The notes below the pieces were generated by a model. It made no database searches. It was not told where the DNA came from and was given only the letters and a program-made list of their open reading frames with translations. This document shows, in pieces, positions 13,143-26,484 of a stretch of 64,000 bases of DNA (the first letter of the stretch is position 1; the number at the start of each line of letters is the position of its first letter). Made by a program: the position numbers and the translations under genes. The stretch lies in the NCBI GenBank assembly GCA_951406725.2, contig OX597824.1, positions 9,548,001-9,612,000 on the forward strand. Reading direction: 5' to 3'. This DNA is from Octopus vulgaris. Its lineage: Eukaryota.

Positions 13143-13840
13143 TTACTACTATCAGACACACACACACACACACACATACACATTCGCCCATACATGCCAC
13201 GGATTAAAATCCCCAAATATACACATATACCCTAACCTTAACCCTAACCCTCACCAAACAGGTACGATCTAGTACAGAAGTTAGTCACTAGCGGGGTTTC
13301 TCTTCACAGAAATAATAGCGAAACCTCTCTGATCTTACACCATGCAGTCTTATATAATGAAGAACACATTACATAAACTGGTTCTGGATGTTTGTAACTA
13401 AACAGGGTATTTAGGGTCTCGGGTGAAATTAATCATAATATTAGCTAGAATAACGTCGCATTAAGGTTAACTAACAGAAACAACCACACAGATAAATACA
13501 CACACACACACATACACACACACAGGCACAAATGACTAAGCTTGATACTAATTGCAATATCGTTAATTATAATTAAAGATTTCGGTGCTAATAACACAAC
13601 CATTAATTATATAATGCAGGAATGAATAATGGCCGTATTAATGAGTGTGTGTGGTTGTGTGTGTGTGTGAGAGAGAGAGAGAGAGTTTATGTGTATGTGT
13701 ATGTGTGTGTAGGTGTGTGTAGGTGTGTGTAGGTGTGAGAGTGTTGTGTGCGTATGTGCAGCATGTATTTTGTGAGTGCGGGTGTATGCTTATATACGTG
13801 TACTATGTGAATTCATGAGTACGTATGCAGGTAAGTGGAC

Positions 13841-13874
<34 letters not shown>

Positions 13875-14290
13875 CATATATATATATATTTACTCACATA
13901 TCTACATATGTATTTATGTGTATGCATGTATGAATATATATATTTATATATATATATAATTAGAGGTTGTGAATCCAACCAACTAAGAGATAGCATCTGT
14001 CCAATATACTGGTCGTAGAAAATACCCAATTATTAATACACAAGCATTTATTGCGGGGCAATCACACTACTGAATGTAATAATGCATAAGGGTATTAGGC
14101 AATAAGAAAATAGAGGGGATGAAGAGGTTGTATTCATCAACATTTAGACATTATGTCTATATTATTTTAAAAAAAACAATTATAATAATATACATACATG
14201 TTTAACATATTTTGCTTTACATATATAAAAATACCAGTAGTTATTAAAATATACAATGTAGAACATAAAATGTAGAATAGTTTCTTTTAT

Positions 14291-14525
14291 TATCTCTCCT
14301 ACTTCTTCCCTCTCGTGTGTGACCCTTCTGTCTGGTAGTCGCCATGATAGATCGTTAGCCACTACACACATTTTTTCTCTCCTTGTTTTGTCTTTGTCCC
14401 TTTCTGTAGAAGAACGTAGGCTCGAAACGTAAAAGACTTTTTCTATTCCTGAACGTTATGCTAATACATCTGTTTGTTTTGTACACCACCTGTCTTCGTC
14501 TTTTGGTTTTACGTAAACTTTCCCT
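14291..14525 (+). mobile_element. Penelope-like terminal-repeat element with hammerhead-like motif (14399-14436)
   Basis: ccttt-CTGTAGA-A-GAAC-gtag-GCTC-GAAA-CG-TA-aaaga; second copy at 21102; ends in (TA)n. Confidence 0.65.
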
Positions 14526-14539
14526 ATATATATATACAC

Positions 14540-15040
14540 TTAAAATAATAAGGGTGAAAAATTGAATATGAATTTCATTAATATCAATTTAAAACCAGTG
14601 ATCTAGCATACTGAAAAATCTGAAGTTTCAGAAAGATTATAGTGCATACATATAAGAAGGATGACCTGCGAGTGGACATCCATTATGCTAGAAGAAGATC
14701 CGCTATGGTCTTACCACTAAGAAAGGAATGTTCTCAAAAAAATTTAGCAAACGCCAGAATCTGAGCGAGGAAGACAAGTGAAAAGATACAAAATATAGAT
14801 TAATCGCAAACCCGGTTTCGTTGTTATCACTCAGGTAATCATTTAAGTAACTGTCCGCAACTCATCAGTGTGATCGTCTGCATGAGCTGTCCGTCACGTG
14901 TATAGTTCTGCAAATTATATTTGCAAAGACGTGATGCTAGTCTGTTCAGATATTGTCGCTTTTGACAACAACTTACGATCAGGCAGGTGGAGCTGTTGTT
15001 TGAACCACCGCTACAGATTGAAAAGCCTGGTTATATAATC
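14540..15040 (-). mobile_element. (TA)n-anchored element with type I hammerhead (14801-14875), related to the 596-bp unit
   Basis: Minus strand gatcaca-CTGATGA-GTTG...CAAC-GAAA-CCGGGTT-tgcgatt; terminal aataataagggtgaaa resembles aataatgaagggtgaaa at ~18933. Right boundary approximate. Confidence 0.65.
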
Positions 15041-15274
15041 TTAGGAGGAAGGTAAAAGTAGTCGTGTGCAAACACAAGTGATTCTTGTAAAAGCGAGGCC
15101 TAGACCATATAATGTATTATACATGCTCCATAATGCTGCTTTATAATTTAACAGGATTTTGACAATATCTGGTTTCGGTATATAAGACACACCACAATAA
15201 AAGGAACCATATATATGCATGTGTGTACAAATATATACATACATATGCATGATGTGTGTGTGTGCATGCGTGTG

Positions 15275-15640
<366 letters not shown>

Positions 15641-16697
15641 TGCATAGAAATTATGATTGAAAAGAAAAAGCTACCATATAAAACGAAGTGTGTTGCTTTC
15701 CAAGATAAGAGTTAAATATGCGAAAATATGGAATCCTTTTAGCTATGTCTGATTTTCACTTTACTAAGAAAAAATATATAATATTAATACGACCAACGGC
15801 TAATCTTATAATTTTCTTCAATTCTCATCATCATTTATTAAAGAACGGAAGTTAATGTAATTCTCTAATAAAGAAGATAAGTTTCGATTAGGAAATATTT
15901 TTCCCCTGGTTTCTATATCTTCCATATAAAGTAAATTTAATTGGCGTAATTCTTATATGCCTTTAAGAAAATGGAACAAATAAAATTAACGTAATTCTAA
16001 TTCTAATTTATTGTCATAGAAAGTACTTTCAATGATGCTAATTCATTATGGTGAATCAGATCTAAAGGTACAAAAAAGAAAGAAATAAGAAAATATCCGC
16101 TAGAGTTTAGCCGAGAAATTGAAAATGTTGTCAGGCTGGCAGAGCGTGTCACACTGCATTTGTTTCAACTACTCATTGACGTCATAACATTGGAATCGTT
16201 CGTCAAAGATTATAAAAAAAATATATAACAGAGGAAGGAAAGAAAAAGAGGGAGAAAGAGAATACACATTCCGACCGCTTGCTTTCAACTGAAGGAAGTC
16301 GCTATATTCTGTGATGGCAGATTAAAAGGACGAGGTCGCAAACTTTGCTTCTTTGACAGCTCTAATATCAGAAATGATATTTTCTTTTCAAAACGAAAAA
16401 TCTAATATCAAATACCAACTATAATCTTTGAAAAATGTTTATTCTATTCTATTATTATATTTTATAGTACTTTATGTATTTTTTTCTTCCGAATTGAATG
16501 AATTAATAAGGATTCAGTTTTGAGTAATCTTTGGTAAAAATACTGTAAACGAATCTAGGATTATCGAAAATACAGGAATCAATACGCCAATGCGGAAATG
16601 CCTATGTATACAACCAGATATGCAGAAATATACACACGTTCACACATTAACTATAAGTACATTCCCTCACGTCTCTTTCACTTTCTCTGTCTTTCTC

Positions 16698-17370
<673 letters not shown>

Positions 17371-18059
17371 ACGCGCGTGCACTCAGATTTACAGTCAGCA
17401 GCCCAATATAGTGCATTTCTATATCTTCATCAGAAACCCTTTATCCGTAAAAGCTTTTACGTTTGGCAGCACAATCTCTGGTATTTATGCTACTGATATT
17501 AAAATTATATTGAAGCGCGATTCTTTTTGGGGTCAAAAGCATTGGCGATTAGCTTTCATATGTAGCTATGAATTGTGCAGAGTCTTATCAAGTGAGACCT
17601 ATTGCAGAAAAACTTCCTTTATTTAGATTTTGGCCTGTATATAAATTTCATAATTTTCTCACATCTTTCATATGTATCCCTTTTGAAACAGATTTGCAAA
17701 AGATTTAATAAAATCCTTTAAAGAATTCAACCTAAAAATAGCAGTCAATACTAAGATTAATCTCGTTCTTTTTCTAGATTTCATTTTAAATCTAAATACA
17801 GCGTAATACTTTCCCCGCAAAATTTCCTCGAAAAATATCTTATGTTGAAATAAGCCATCTAACAACATCACTACCATACGGATTCTTGAATGTTAAGAAC
17901 ATAAAGTAGACGGATTTTTCTAAAAATGCTGCTAGAGGAAATACCTTGCAACAGCATCCGTTTCGTTATTTTCATTCCAATGCTGTTTCCAACATTGCAA
18001 AGAAACTTACTAGGCTTGCTGTAGAAGCGTTTGCCTGCGATACACCAATTTGAAAAAAA

Positions 18060-18370
18060 TTGTGGCTGTTTGGTAAGTAGCTTGTTTACCAACCACATGG
18101 TTCCGGCCGGGCTCAGTCCCACTTTGTGGCACCTTGGCCGAGTGTCTCCTACTAAAGCCTCGGGCCGGCCAAAGCCTTGTGAGTGGATTTGGTAGACGGA
18201 AACTGAAAGAAGCTCGTCGTATATATGTATATATATATATGCGTGTGTGTGCTTGTGTTTCTGTGTTTGTCCCCCCAACATCGCTTGACAACCGATGCTG
18301 GTGTGTTTATTTCCCCGTTACTTAGCGGTTCGGCAACAGAGACCGATAGAATAAGTACTAGGCTTACAGA
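18060..18370 (+). mobile_element. SINE family B, 3'-truncated
   Basis: Head, CORE-like domain and internal microsatellite present; stops after ggcttaca. Confidence 0.88.
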
Positions 18371-18625
18371 TAAATAGTTCAAGGGAGACACAACAGTATA
18401 TATGTATATATATATATATGTATATATATGTATATACTAAGCAATAAAGGGTTTAGCAACGAATTGCCTTACCACAGACCGAATTTAGAAATAGCAGTCA
18501 AAGAGTTATAGCTATTTCTTCTACTAAAAAGGGAGATCTCAGTAAAAAACACAGCAATTGGAAGGCAGACACAAACAGGTAAGAGAGAATGAATTGACGG
18601 CAATCTATCATACAATTTTAAGTTA

Positions 18626-18725
18626 TCTACGGACGCACGTTTCGAAATCAAGTTTTTAGGAAAGCATAAGAATTAAATATTAAATAATTCTACGTTACCC
18701 AAACTTCTTTTCTCTTCAGCGTAGA
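18626..18725 (-). ncRNA. Type I hammerhead ribozyme (unit 1)
   Basis: UCUACG-CUGAAGA-GAAA[long stem II]UUUC-GAAA-C-GUGC-G-UC|CGUAGA; complete core, GUC triplet, 6-bp stem I. Confidence 0.85.
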
Positions 18726-19221
18726 ATACTATAATCATAAATGATTATATATTGAATTTAGAGATACTAGAAGGCACCAACTCAACTCAGTATCAGAGCG
18801 AGCTAGAATCCGCAACTAGTATCACCAAACTCAAAGTGTGAATGAAAGGATTGTGTCACCAGCCCCTTCCCACCCGCGTGTAGCCAAAACAAGATGCTAT
18901 GGTCATCTACTGAGATAAAATATGGTTATCCGTAATAATGAAGGGTGAAATTAATTAATTTGGAATAATTATCAATTACACCAAGTAGTCTTCGGCATGT
19001 AAAAGCCTCATTCGAGGAAAATTTAAGTAATACTAAGCAATAAAGGGTTTAGCAACGAATTGCCTTACCACAGACCGAATTTAGAAATAGCAGTCAAAGA
19101 GTTATAGCTATTTCTTCTACTAAAAAGGGAGATCTCAGTAAAAAACACAGCAATTGGAAGGCAGACACAAACAGGTAAGAGAGAATGAATTGACGGCAAT
19201 CTATCATACAATTTCAAGTTA

Positions 19222-19321
19222 TCTACGGACGCACGTTTCGAAATCAAGTTTTTAGGAAAGCATAAGAATTAAATATTAAATAATTCTACGTTACCCAAAC
19301 TTCTTTTCTCTTCAGCGTAGA
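19222..19321 (-). ncRNA. Type I hammerhead ribozyme (unit 2)
   Basis: Identical to unit 1, offset 596 bp. Confidence 0.85.
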
Positions 19322-19818
19322 ATACTATAATCATAAATGATTATATATTGAATTTAGAGATACTAGAAGGCACCAACTCAACTCAGTATCAGAGCGAGCT
19401 AGAATCCGCAACTAGTATCACCAAACTCAAAGTGTGAATGAAAGGATTGTGTCACCAGCCCCTTCCCACCCGCGTGTAGCCAAAACAAGATGCTATGGTC
19501 ATCTACTGAGATAAAATATGGTTATCCGTAATAATGAAGGGTGAAATTAATTAATTTGGAATAATTATCAATTACACCAAGTAGTCTTCGGCATGTAAAA
19601 GCCCCATTCGAGGAAAATTTAAGTAATACTAAGCAATAAAGGGTTTAGCAACGAATTGCCTTACCGCAGACCGAATTTAGAAATAGCAGTCAAAGAGTTA
19701 TAGCTATTTCTTCTACTAAAAAGGGAGATCTCAGTAAAAAAACACAGCAATTGGAAGGCAGACACAAACAGGTAAGAGAGAATGAATTGACGGCAATCTA
19801 TCATACAATTTCAAGTTA

Positions 19819-19918
19819 TCTACGGACGCACGTTTCGAAATCAAGTTTTTAGGAAAGCATAAGAATTAAATATTAAATAATTCTACGTTACCCAAACTTC
19901 TTTTCTCTTCAGCGTAGA
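19819..19918 (-). ncRNA. Type I hammerhead ribozyme (unit 3)
   Basis: Identical to unit 1, offset a further 597 bp. Confidence 0.85.
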
Positions 19919-19978
19919 ATACTATAATCATAAATGATTATATATTGAATTTAGAGATACTAGAAGGCACCAACTCAA

Positions 19979-20019
<41 letters not shown>

Positions 20020-20074
20020 GAAGATAGATAGATATAGATACATCGTATATATATATATATATATATATATAATT

Positions 20075-20640
20075 CATTCTATCTGGTTTATTTAAATTTG
20101 ACTATCTTCATTAATTTTATCGTGTTTTTATTTGATTGTTATCATATTATTTTCGCTCTCATTTCCACATTTATCTTTAAAATCATTTCTCTCCCCTTTT
20201 TTCTTTACGCCCCCCCCCCCGCACCCTATCACACAAACCTCTTCAATATACATGATATGTTTCCAGCATCTTCGTTGATTATTTTATGATTTTTATATTA
20301 TTATTGATGTCTTCTTTTTTAATTTCTAAATTTCTGAATTAATAACTTTTTTTTCAATCTTTCTTCATTAATTCTTGTTTTTCAATGTTAATTACTTTGT
20401 TACAAGCATCGACCAAACATGAAATTCGTCTTCTAATATTCAATTCCAACTCGTACACAGAAAAAAATTGGACAGAAATTATACACACAGATGTACAGAT
20501 TAAAATACATACATTTTCATGTGTATTTGATGAATAAAGATGCGCGAAGTGGCACTTGAAGGAAACTGGACGAGTGTTTAGTAGGATAAAGTAGAAAAGA
20601 TCACTAAAGGAGAAATAAAGGAAGTGAAACTGGGCTATGA

Positions 20641-20676
<36 letters not shown>

Positions 20677-20830
20677 GAAGTATATTGAGAACTGTTGTAA
20701 TCTAATGTTAAAATGGCGGATATATAAATTAAGGCTTTGGTTAATGAACGTCGCGGTGTTTATCGTGTTAGTAGTTTATAGGAAAGTGTGAAGAATGTGC
20801 TTTTTTTGTTAAACTAAAATTTATTTTGTT
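20075..20830. repeat. Old local duplication, copy 1 (paralogous to 22275-23150)
   Basis: Collinear blocks such as tgttacaagca.cga..aa.ca.gaaatt..tc.tctaatattc, catacattttcatgtg, gaagtggcac and aactaaaat.tattt.g. Confidence 0.75.
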
Positions 20831-21101
20831 ATAATCATCAATCATTTGACGCATGTGTTGAGTGCAATTAATTGTCGTCTATTTGTCAATGAGGATTAAA
20901 CGTTTTAAAATTTTTTGGGGACTAGTAACAGATGTACAGAGACATAGGACCTAATTAATTAAAATTCCCATTCCCACATTTTCAAACCTACACATACACA
21001 CACGCACACGTCCAGACCACCAGCCCTCTTTCACACGCACATACGTACTCTCTTATACACGCACGCACCTTCGTTTTGGGGGTCATCTTTACCTTGTTAT
21101 C

Positions 21102-21350
21102 TCCCCTACTTCTTCGCTCTCCTGTGTGACCCTTCTGTCTGACAGTCGCCATGATAGATCGGTAGCCACTACACACATTCTTTTTTCTCTCCTTGTTTCT
21201 CTCCTTGGTTTTTTCTGTGTCCCTTTCTGTAGAAGAGCGTAGGCTCAAAACGTAAAAGACTTTTTCAATTCCTGAGCGTTATACTAATACATCTGTTTGT
21301 TTTCTACACCACCTGTCTTCGTCTTATTTTTTTTTCGTGAACTCTCCCCC
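21102..21350 (+). mobile_element. Second copy of the 14291 element with degenerate hammerhead-like motif (21222-21259)
   Basis: High similarity to 14291-14525. Confidence 0.7.
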
Positions 21351-21975
21351 TAAGTAAGGAAATAGTAGGACATGGTCAAAGGGATTAATCACTTGATCCC
21401 CAAAACAGGATCGACAACAGAAAAGAAGAGAAAATATGAATGAAAAGGAACATCTTTGAGAATTCACAAGAGCGAAAGAGATCAGAAAATAAGAGAAATT
21501 CAAGGAAACTCGAATCATAAATACAAACTTACAACATTGGAGACGCAATATTCTGTGTATTCATTGTTAAGTTTTTAGATTTATGAATGAATCTCTGGGT
21601 TACTACCACAACGGAGACGTTTAACTTCCTCACTATATTAGTACCAAGAAAAGTCGAGAGATTTCGGTGGAAATGATGAAGAATCGAGCTTTCTACATTC
21701 GAAGATTAAAAGCTATATCTGTCTTTAGATAAAACTATAAGACCTACTCATATGATTTTCGCTGTTCTCCGTGCATCTCACGATTTATTGATATCTACAA
21801 TTTTGCCTATATTTACAGCGAGATGAAATGTAGATTAAGAACTAAATATTTAGTGTTTGAAATCACAAGAAGCTTACCATACGATTTTTACTGTTACCAC
21901 CAAAAATGTAACTTTGGTCAATTATATAAAATAGTCGATCAGAAAGTTTCTTTTACGTACTACGAAAGGAAGTTC

Positions 21976-22035
<60 letters not shown>

Positions 22036-22088
22036 GTTATTTATTTACACATGCATACAAACATATATACATATATATATATATATAT

Positions 22089-22139
<51 letters not shown>

Positions 22140-22145
22140 TGTGTG

Positions 22146-22185
<40 letters not shown>

Positions 22186-22274
22186 CATATATATATATGC
22201 ATATATATATACATACATACATAATTATATAAATATATATTTCACTTCGAGGATATATATATATAGGTATCTAC

Positions 22275-23150
22275 TATTCATTGTTTTTCTATATCTTTTT
22301 AAGATATAATTTAAGATATATATCGTTTTTTAGCCATATTTCTTGATTATTTTTCACTATTTTTCATTATTCATTATTTTATTTATTCTTGGTTTTTCAT
22401 TTTATTTCTATTTCCATTCTCATTTCCCTCTTTATCTTCAAAATCAATGCCTTCCTCTTTCTTGCACCAGACTCCGCTCCTCATACAAACCTCGTCAATC
22501 TTCGCAGTATTTTTCCAACTCCTTCGTTAATTATTATCACAACTCACATTATTATCATTTTGTAATTTTTTTCACTCTTGTTTTTTTTCAATTTCTTATT
22601 TCACAAATTTTTAATTTTTTTTCCTTTAATTCTTATTTTTTCATTGTTAATTGCATTGTTACAAGCAACGAGAAAACACGAAATTCCTCATCTAATATTC
22701 GAATCTAGCTCGTACACGTAAACGAAGAAAGACAGACAGATATACAGACAGGTGTATAGACTAATAGACACATACATTTTCATGTGAAAGGTTTACTGTA
22801 GGCTTTCATTCGAAGAGCGACGTGTTATATTGAATGAAGTGGCACACAATGGAAGGGAGGGTGGACTGTCTAATCGTGGGAAGACGTAACGTTATAGAAA
22901 GAAGAAATACAGAAAACTACACGAACACGTATATACACGCAAACACACACATATATACACACGCATACACACTCACACACAACAGATAGGCACACATATA
23001 CATGCGGTGTACTATGAACAGTAGTAACGATGTTAAAGCGATGGCGTTGTCCGTAAGATTATTGGTTAATATAGTTAGCATTGCTTATTTTGGTTGAGAT
23101 ATGAAGGTAACCAGTATGTAATAATTTCATTGAACTAAAATATATTTCGT
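22275..23150. repeat. Old local duplication, copy 2
   Basis: See 20075-20830. Confidence 0.75.
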
Positions 23151-23400
23151 TTTTGGATTTGGTTTTCAAGATTCTTTATGTGAGTTCGTGTGTTGAAGCA
23201 TATTCTGTTGTGTCTGGGGAGAGTCATTTTCTTTTTGTGTCTTATAATTTAACACACTCACAGGTAAAATTTCCACTTACTTCTTATTTTTATTTTCCTA
23301 AAATTTTCGTTGCGTCTTGCAATCTTTTCAATAGTCTTGACTATTGAAAAGGTTCCAAGACTATTGAAAAGAAGATTACTCTCCCCAGACACAACAATAA
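23150..23400. mobile_element. Repeat with internal inverted segments (possible Penelope-like terminal repeat)
   Basis: gttgtgtctggggagagt is mirrored by actctccccagacacaac; cttttcaatagtc is mirrored by gactattgaaaag. Confidence 0.5.
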
Positions 23401-23630
23401 AATATATTTCTTTTAGTCCTTAGTTGTGCCTTTTCTTCATAATGTAGGACCTAGAGTTGTGCCTTTATTTAGAGCAATATGACGTACACTTTAAGGACAA
23501 GAACAAACAGCTTCATAGCACAGAGAGAAACTTACTATATAACTTCTAAATTTAGCCCGAAGTGTGGTCAGCTACAATGATAAACAAAAATAAAACCGCT
23601 ATTATATACAACAGAAGGAAGGTCACGAAA

Positions 23631-24180
23631 TATTGGGTTGTCCGGAAAGTTCCTGCCGATTTTTAAAGGAAAGAAAAAGGTCAATAAATACTTGCCATTA
23701 CATTTTTAATCAACCAAATATGAACCATTTTGTTGCACAATGCGTCTCCATCTTTCCTTTAACTTGAAAATACCCTCTTCCCAGAATTGAGGTGGTTTCA
23801 TGGCAAAGAATTCATTAAGGTATCTTTTTCGTCGTCCAAGGAATTGAAATTGTTACCATTAAGACTATTCTGCAGAGACCTGAATAAGTGGAAATCCAAA
23901 GGAGCAATGTCTGGTGAATATGGAGGGTGGGGTAACACATCCCAGCCGAGCTGCAGCAATTTTTGTCTGGTTCCCAAAGCATCAAGTGCTGAAAATGAAC
24001 TTTCTTTTCTTCCATTTTAAAGGGTTACAGAATTAACACAGGTTATAGGAACGTAAACCTTCTTCCTCGAAAAGATAGCTTAAACTGTGCTCTAAATGGA
24101 GGTGTAGTCAAATCCTATTTTATGGACTCAACCATGTTCTAAAATAAGTCGAAATGTAAGCTACAATAAATCGGCATGAT
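23631..24180 (-). mobile_element. Internally deleted mariner (DD34D) transposon
   Basis: Minus strand N-terminus [12 protein letters not shown] is joined to C-terminus [37 protein letters not shown]...KERWRRIVQQNGSYLVD*; TA plus TIR ttgggttgtccggaaagttcctgccgattt; partial opposite TIR aaatcggcatga at 24168. Confidence 0.92.
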
Positions 24181-24626
24181 ATCTTTCAAAGCAAGCATTA
24201 TTGCACTCTAAATGTTCAGATACATAGACAAAAAAAAGTCGTTTGGTAGAGTTAGTAGAAGCAGGTGCAATCTCAGACATTTTTCTTATTCCCAATGTAA
24301 AATTTCATTTCAGACGAGGTCCAAAGATTAGGCAGTACAGTTTTATAACGTATAATTAAATTACTGCTCTCAATATTGGTCAAAACAGAGCTTCCTATGA
24401 GAATAGGAATATTACATTATATCGAAGAAATAAGAAATGCGAAAAGGATGTTCTCTCTGCCATGGTATGTACATCCCCTACTTTATTCTCTTATGGTTCT
24501 CCGCAGTGAATATCGATTATTCCAAAACTTTTTCTAATATGAAATAGTAGGAGACATTTTCATACCTGGGTAACTATGCTATTATTGTGGAGTATTTGAT
24601 TTGCAATTAAGGTGGATTCAATTAAG

Positions 24627-24905
24627 GTGAACCCGAAATATGTTGAAAAATTTCATCTCTGCCTATTGCTGTTTCAAATTTCCGGAACAAGAATCTGCGA
24701 GGTATTAAGAACTGTTCAAGAATAACTTTTTGAATTTTAAAAGTGCTGCAATACGGATAGGATTATTGTAAAACGGCGATGAATTTGTAAATATTTTAGG
24801 GAAAGCATTAATATTTGAATGGCGCCAAAACTTGGAGTAATATTTGTCATCATGTGTACATTTTGTAGTCTTCAATATTTAATTCAAATTTAGACCACTT
24901 TAAGA
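24627..24905 (+). pseudogene. Decayed Helitron Rep/helicase fragment
   Basis: VNPKYVEKFHLCLLLFQISGTRICEVLRTV / FKSAAIRIGLL*NGDEF / KLGVIFVIMCTFC resembles the Helitron motif series ExFxLRLLL..G.TSFEDLRTV..TF..A...GLL.DD.E..LR.LF (recalled, not searched). Confidence 0.72.
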
Positions 24906-25354
24906 TAAAAACAAAAAAAAAACTATTTATGTTTTTGAATTGAGGAGAGGAAGAAAAACTAGGAAATCCACTCTTCATTCAGTAATTCAAGTTAGCATCA
25001 AAAATGGAACAAATTATCTGAGAAGTGGACCAGAAGAACATCAAGAAGAATTTATAACCGTAAATGAAGAGGGGGTGAAACCATGGAACATTCTTACTTT
25101 TATACCGATGCTCTTGGAGAATGTGGTAAAATTTACAGGAAATAATCATTCCTCAGCACAGGAATAACAAACTTAATGGATCAAGTGTTGTTGCATGGAC
25201 AGATATTGCTTCTAGGATACATAGTTTACGCAAACTACGAACACCGCTGATTCTATAAGAACTTGGGATGTGTCTCCTGTCTCGGAATAAACGGGTTTTG
25301 TTAGTTGTCTGGATTTAATTCGTTCGAAAATTATCCACGTCTACTTTTCCTATT

Positions 25355-25645
25355 CATCACTGTGACCGACCAGGCTATCAGATGTTGCTACACATCGCTG
25401 GTCACAATGTGCTTCGCATTGTTTTAGCCTCCAAATGACGCCACCCCGCTGGCTAAGCGAGCAGGCCAACAGAAGAAGGAGTGAGAGAAAGTTGTGGCGA
25501 AAGAGTACAGCAGGGATCGCCACCACCTCCTGCGGGAGCCTCGTGGAGCTTTAGGTGTTTTCGCTCAATAAACACTCACAACGACATGTCTAGGAATCGA
25601 AACCGCGACTCCGCTGCCCTAACCACTGGGCCATTGCGCCTCCAC
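25355..25645 (-). mobile_element. SINE family A, tail type 2, 12-bp TSD
   Basis: TSD acttttcctatt at 25343-25354 and 25646-25657. Confidence 0.9.
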
Positions 25646-26484
25646 ACTTTTCCTATTGATATCATCAATAAATGTCATGAAAGCACTGTGAGTGGATTTG
25701 GAATGTGTAAAAACACAGCAAAAAGACACCGATGAAATAAGGACCTGGTTTTCAGAAGAAAATGCTTTCGACTAAAATCATTCAAGGCGGTGCCCCAGTC
25801 TAATGACTGAAAGAGCTAAAAGATATAAAACAATAATATATAAGATTTTTCCAATTTGTAACATAGAATGCTATTGTTGACTCGAATATTTCAGATAATA
25901 CAACTCAAATTTGAGGACAGTAGAACAAAAGGACTTGTTTTTTCAAATTTGAGTCTGTTCCTACTTGGGAATCGAACCACTCTATGTAGAATTTAAAACC
26001 GGTAAGCGTTGAAATATCACACTCTTCATGCGTTGGAAATTGTTCAGTAAATTCTGTTTTTAGGGAAGCATCTGAGATAAGGGAAAGATAACGCGAAATA
26101 CTTACTGCTAAGAATTACAACCGTCTTTCTTTAAATGAGATTTTGGAACTTCTGCCAAGAAATGTCCAAACACATTTTAATATAGATCAAATAATGATTA
26201 TCGGGTAGATAATGAACACTACACAATATAATTACTTAACTCATAAAGTCCATCTGGACTTGTTAACTTATTAACGCCATCTGCAAGGCGACCGCATAGA
26301 ATAAATTTAAGAATAGCATCAATTGTAATGATGTTACGTAACGTATCAATTCATCAAGGGCTTATAATGGATCTGGACTAGAAATTGTTAGCTTACATTG
26401 TAATTGCATTGAAAACTTGTTAACAAGGGAAGCTTTGGTCGTAGACGAGCGTTATTAAATAGAGTTAAACTTTATGACTCATGC

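Larger units (their letters stand above)
18434..19981 (-). mobile_element. Tandem array of ~596-bp hammerhead-containing units (2.6 copies), retrozyme / Penelope pLTR-like
   Basis: Units start at 18434, 19030 and 19627 and differ at only ~4 positions; (TA)n on both flanks; one hammerhead per unit. Confidence 0.85.

Noticed and set aside
13231-13252. Interstitial telomere
   Set aside because: Only ~3-4 imperfect CCCTAA units; such tracts also occur inside MITEs here.
18469-19247. Repeated 60-aa ORF in the 596-bp units
   Set aside because: Non-ATG start lying inside the ribozyme and spanning its cleavage site; no homology recognised.
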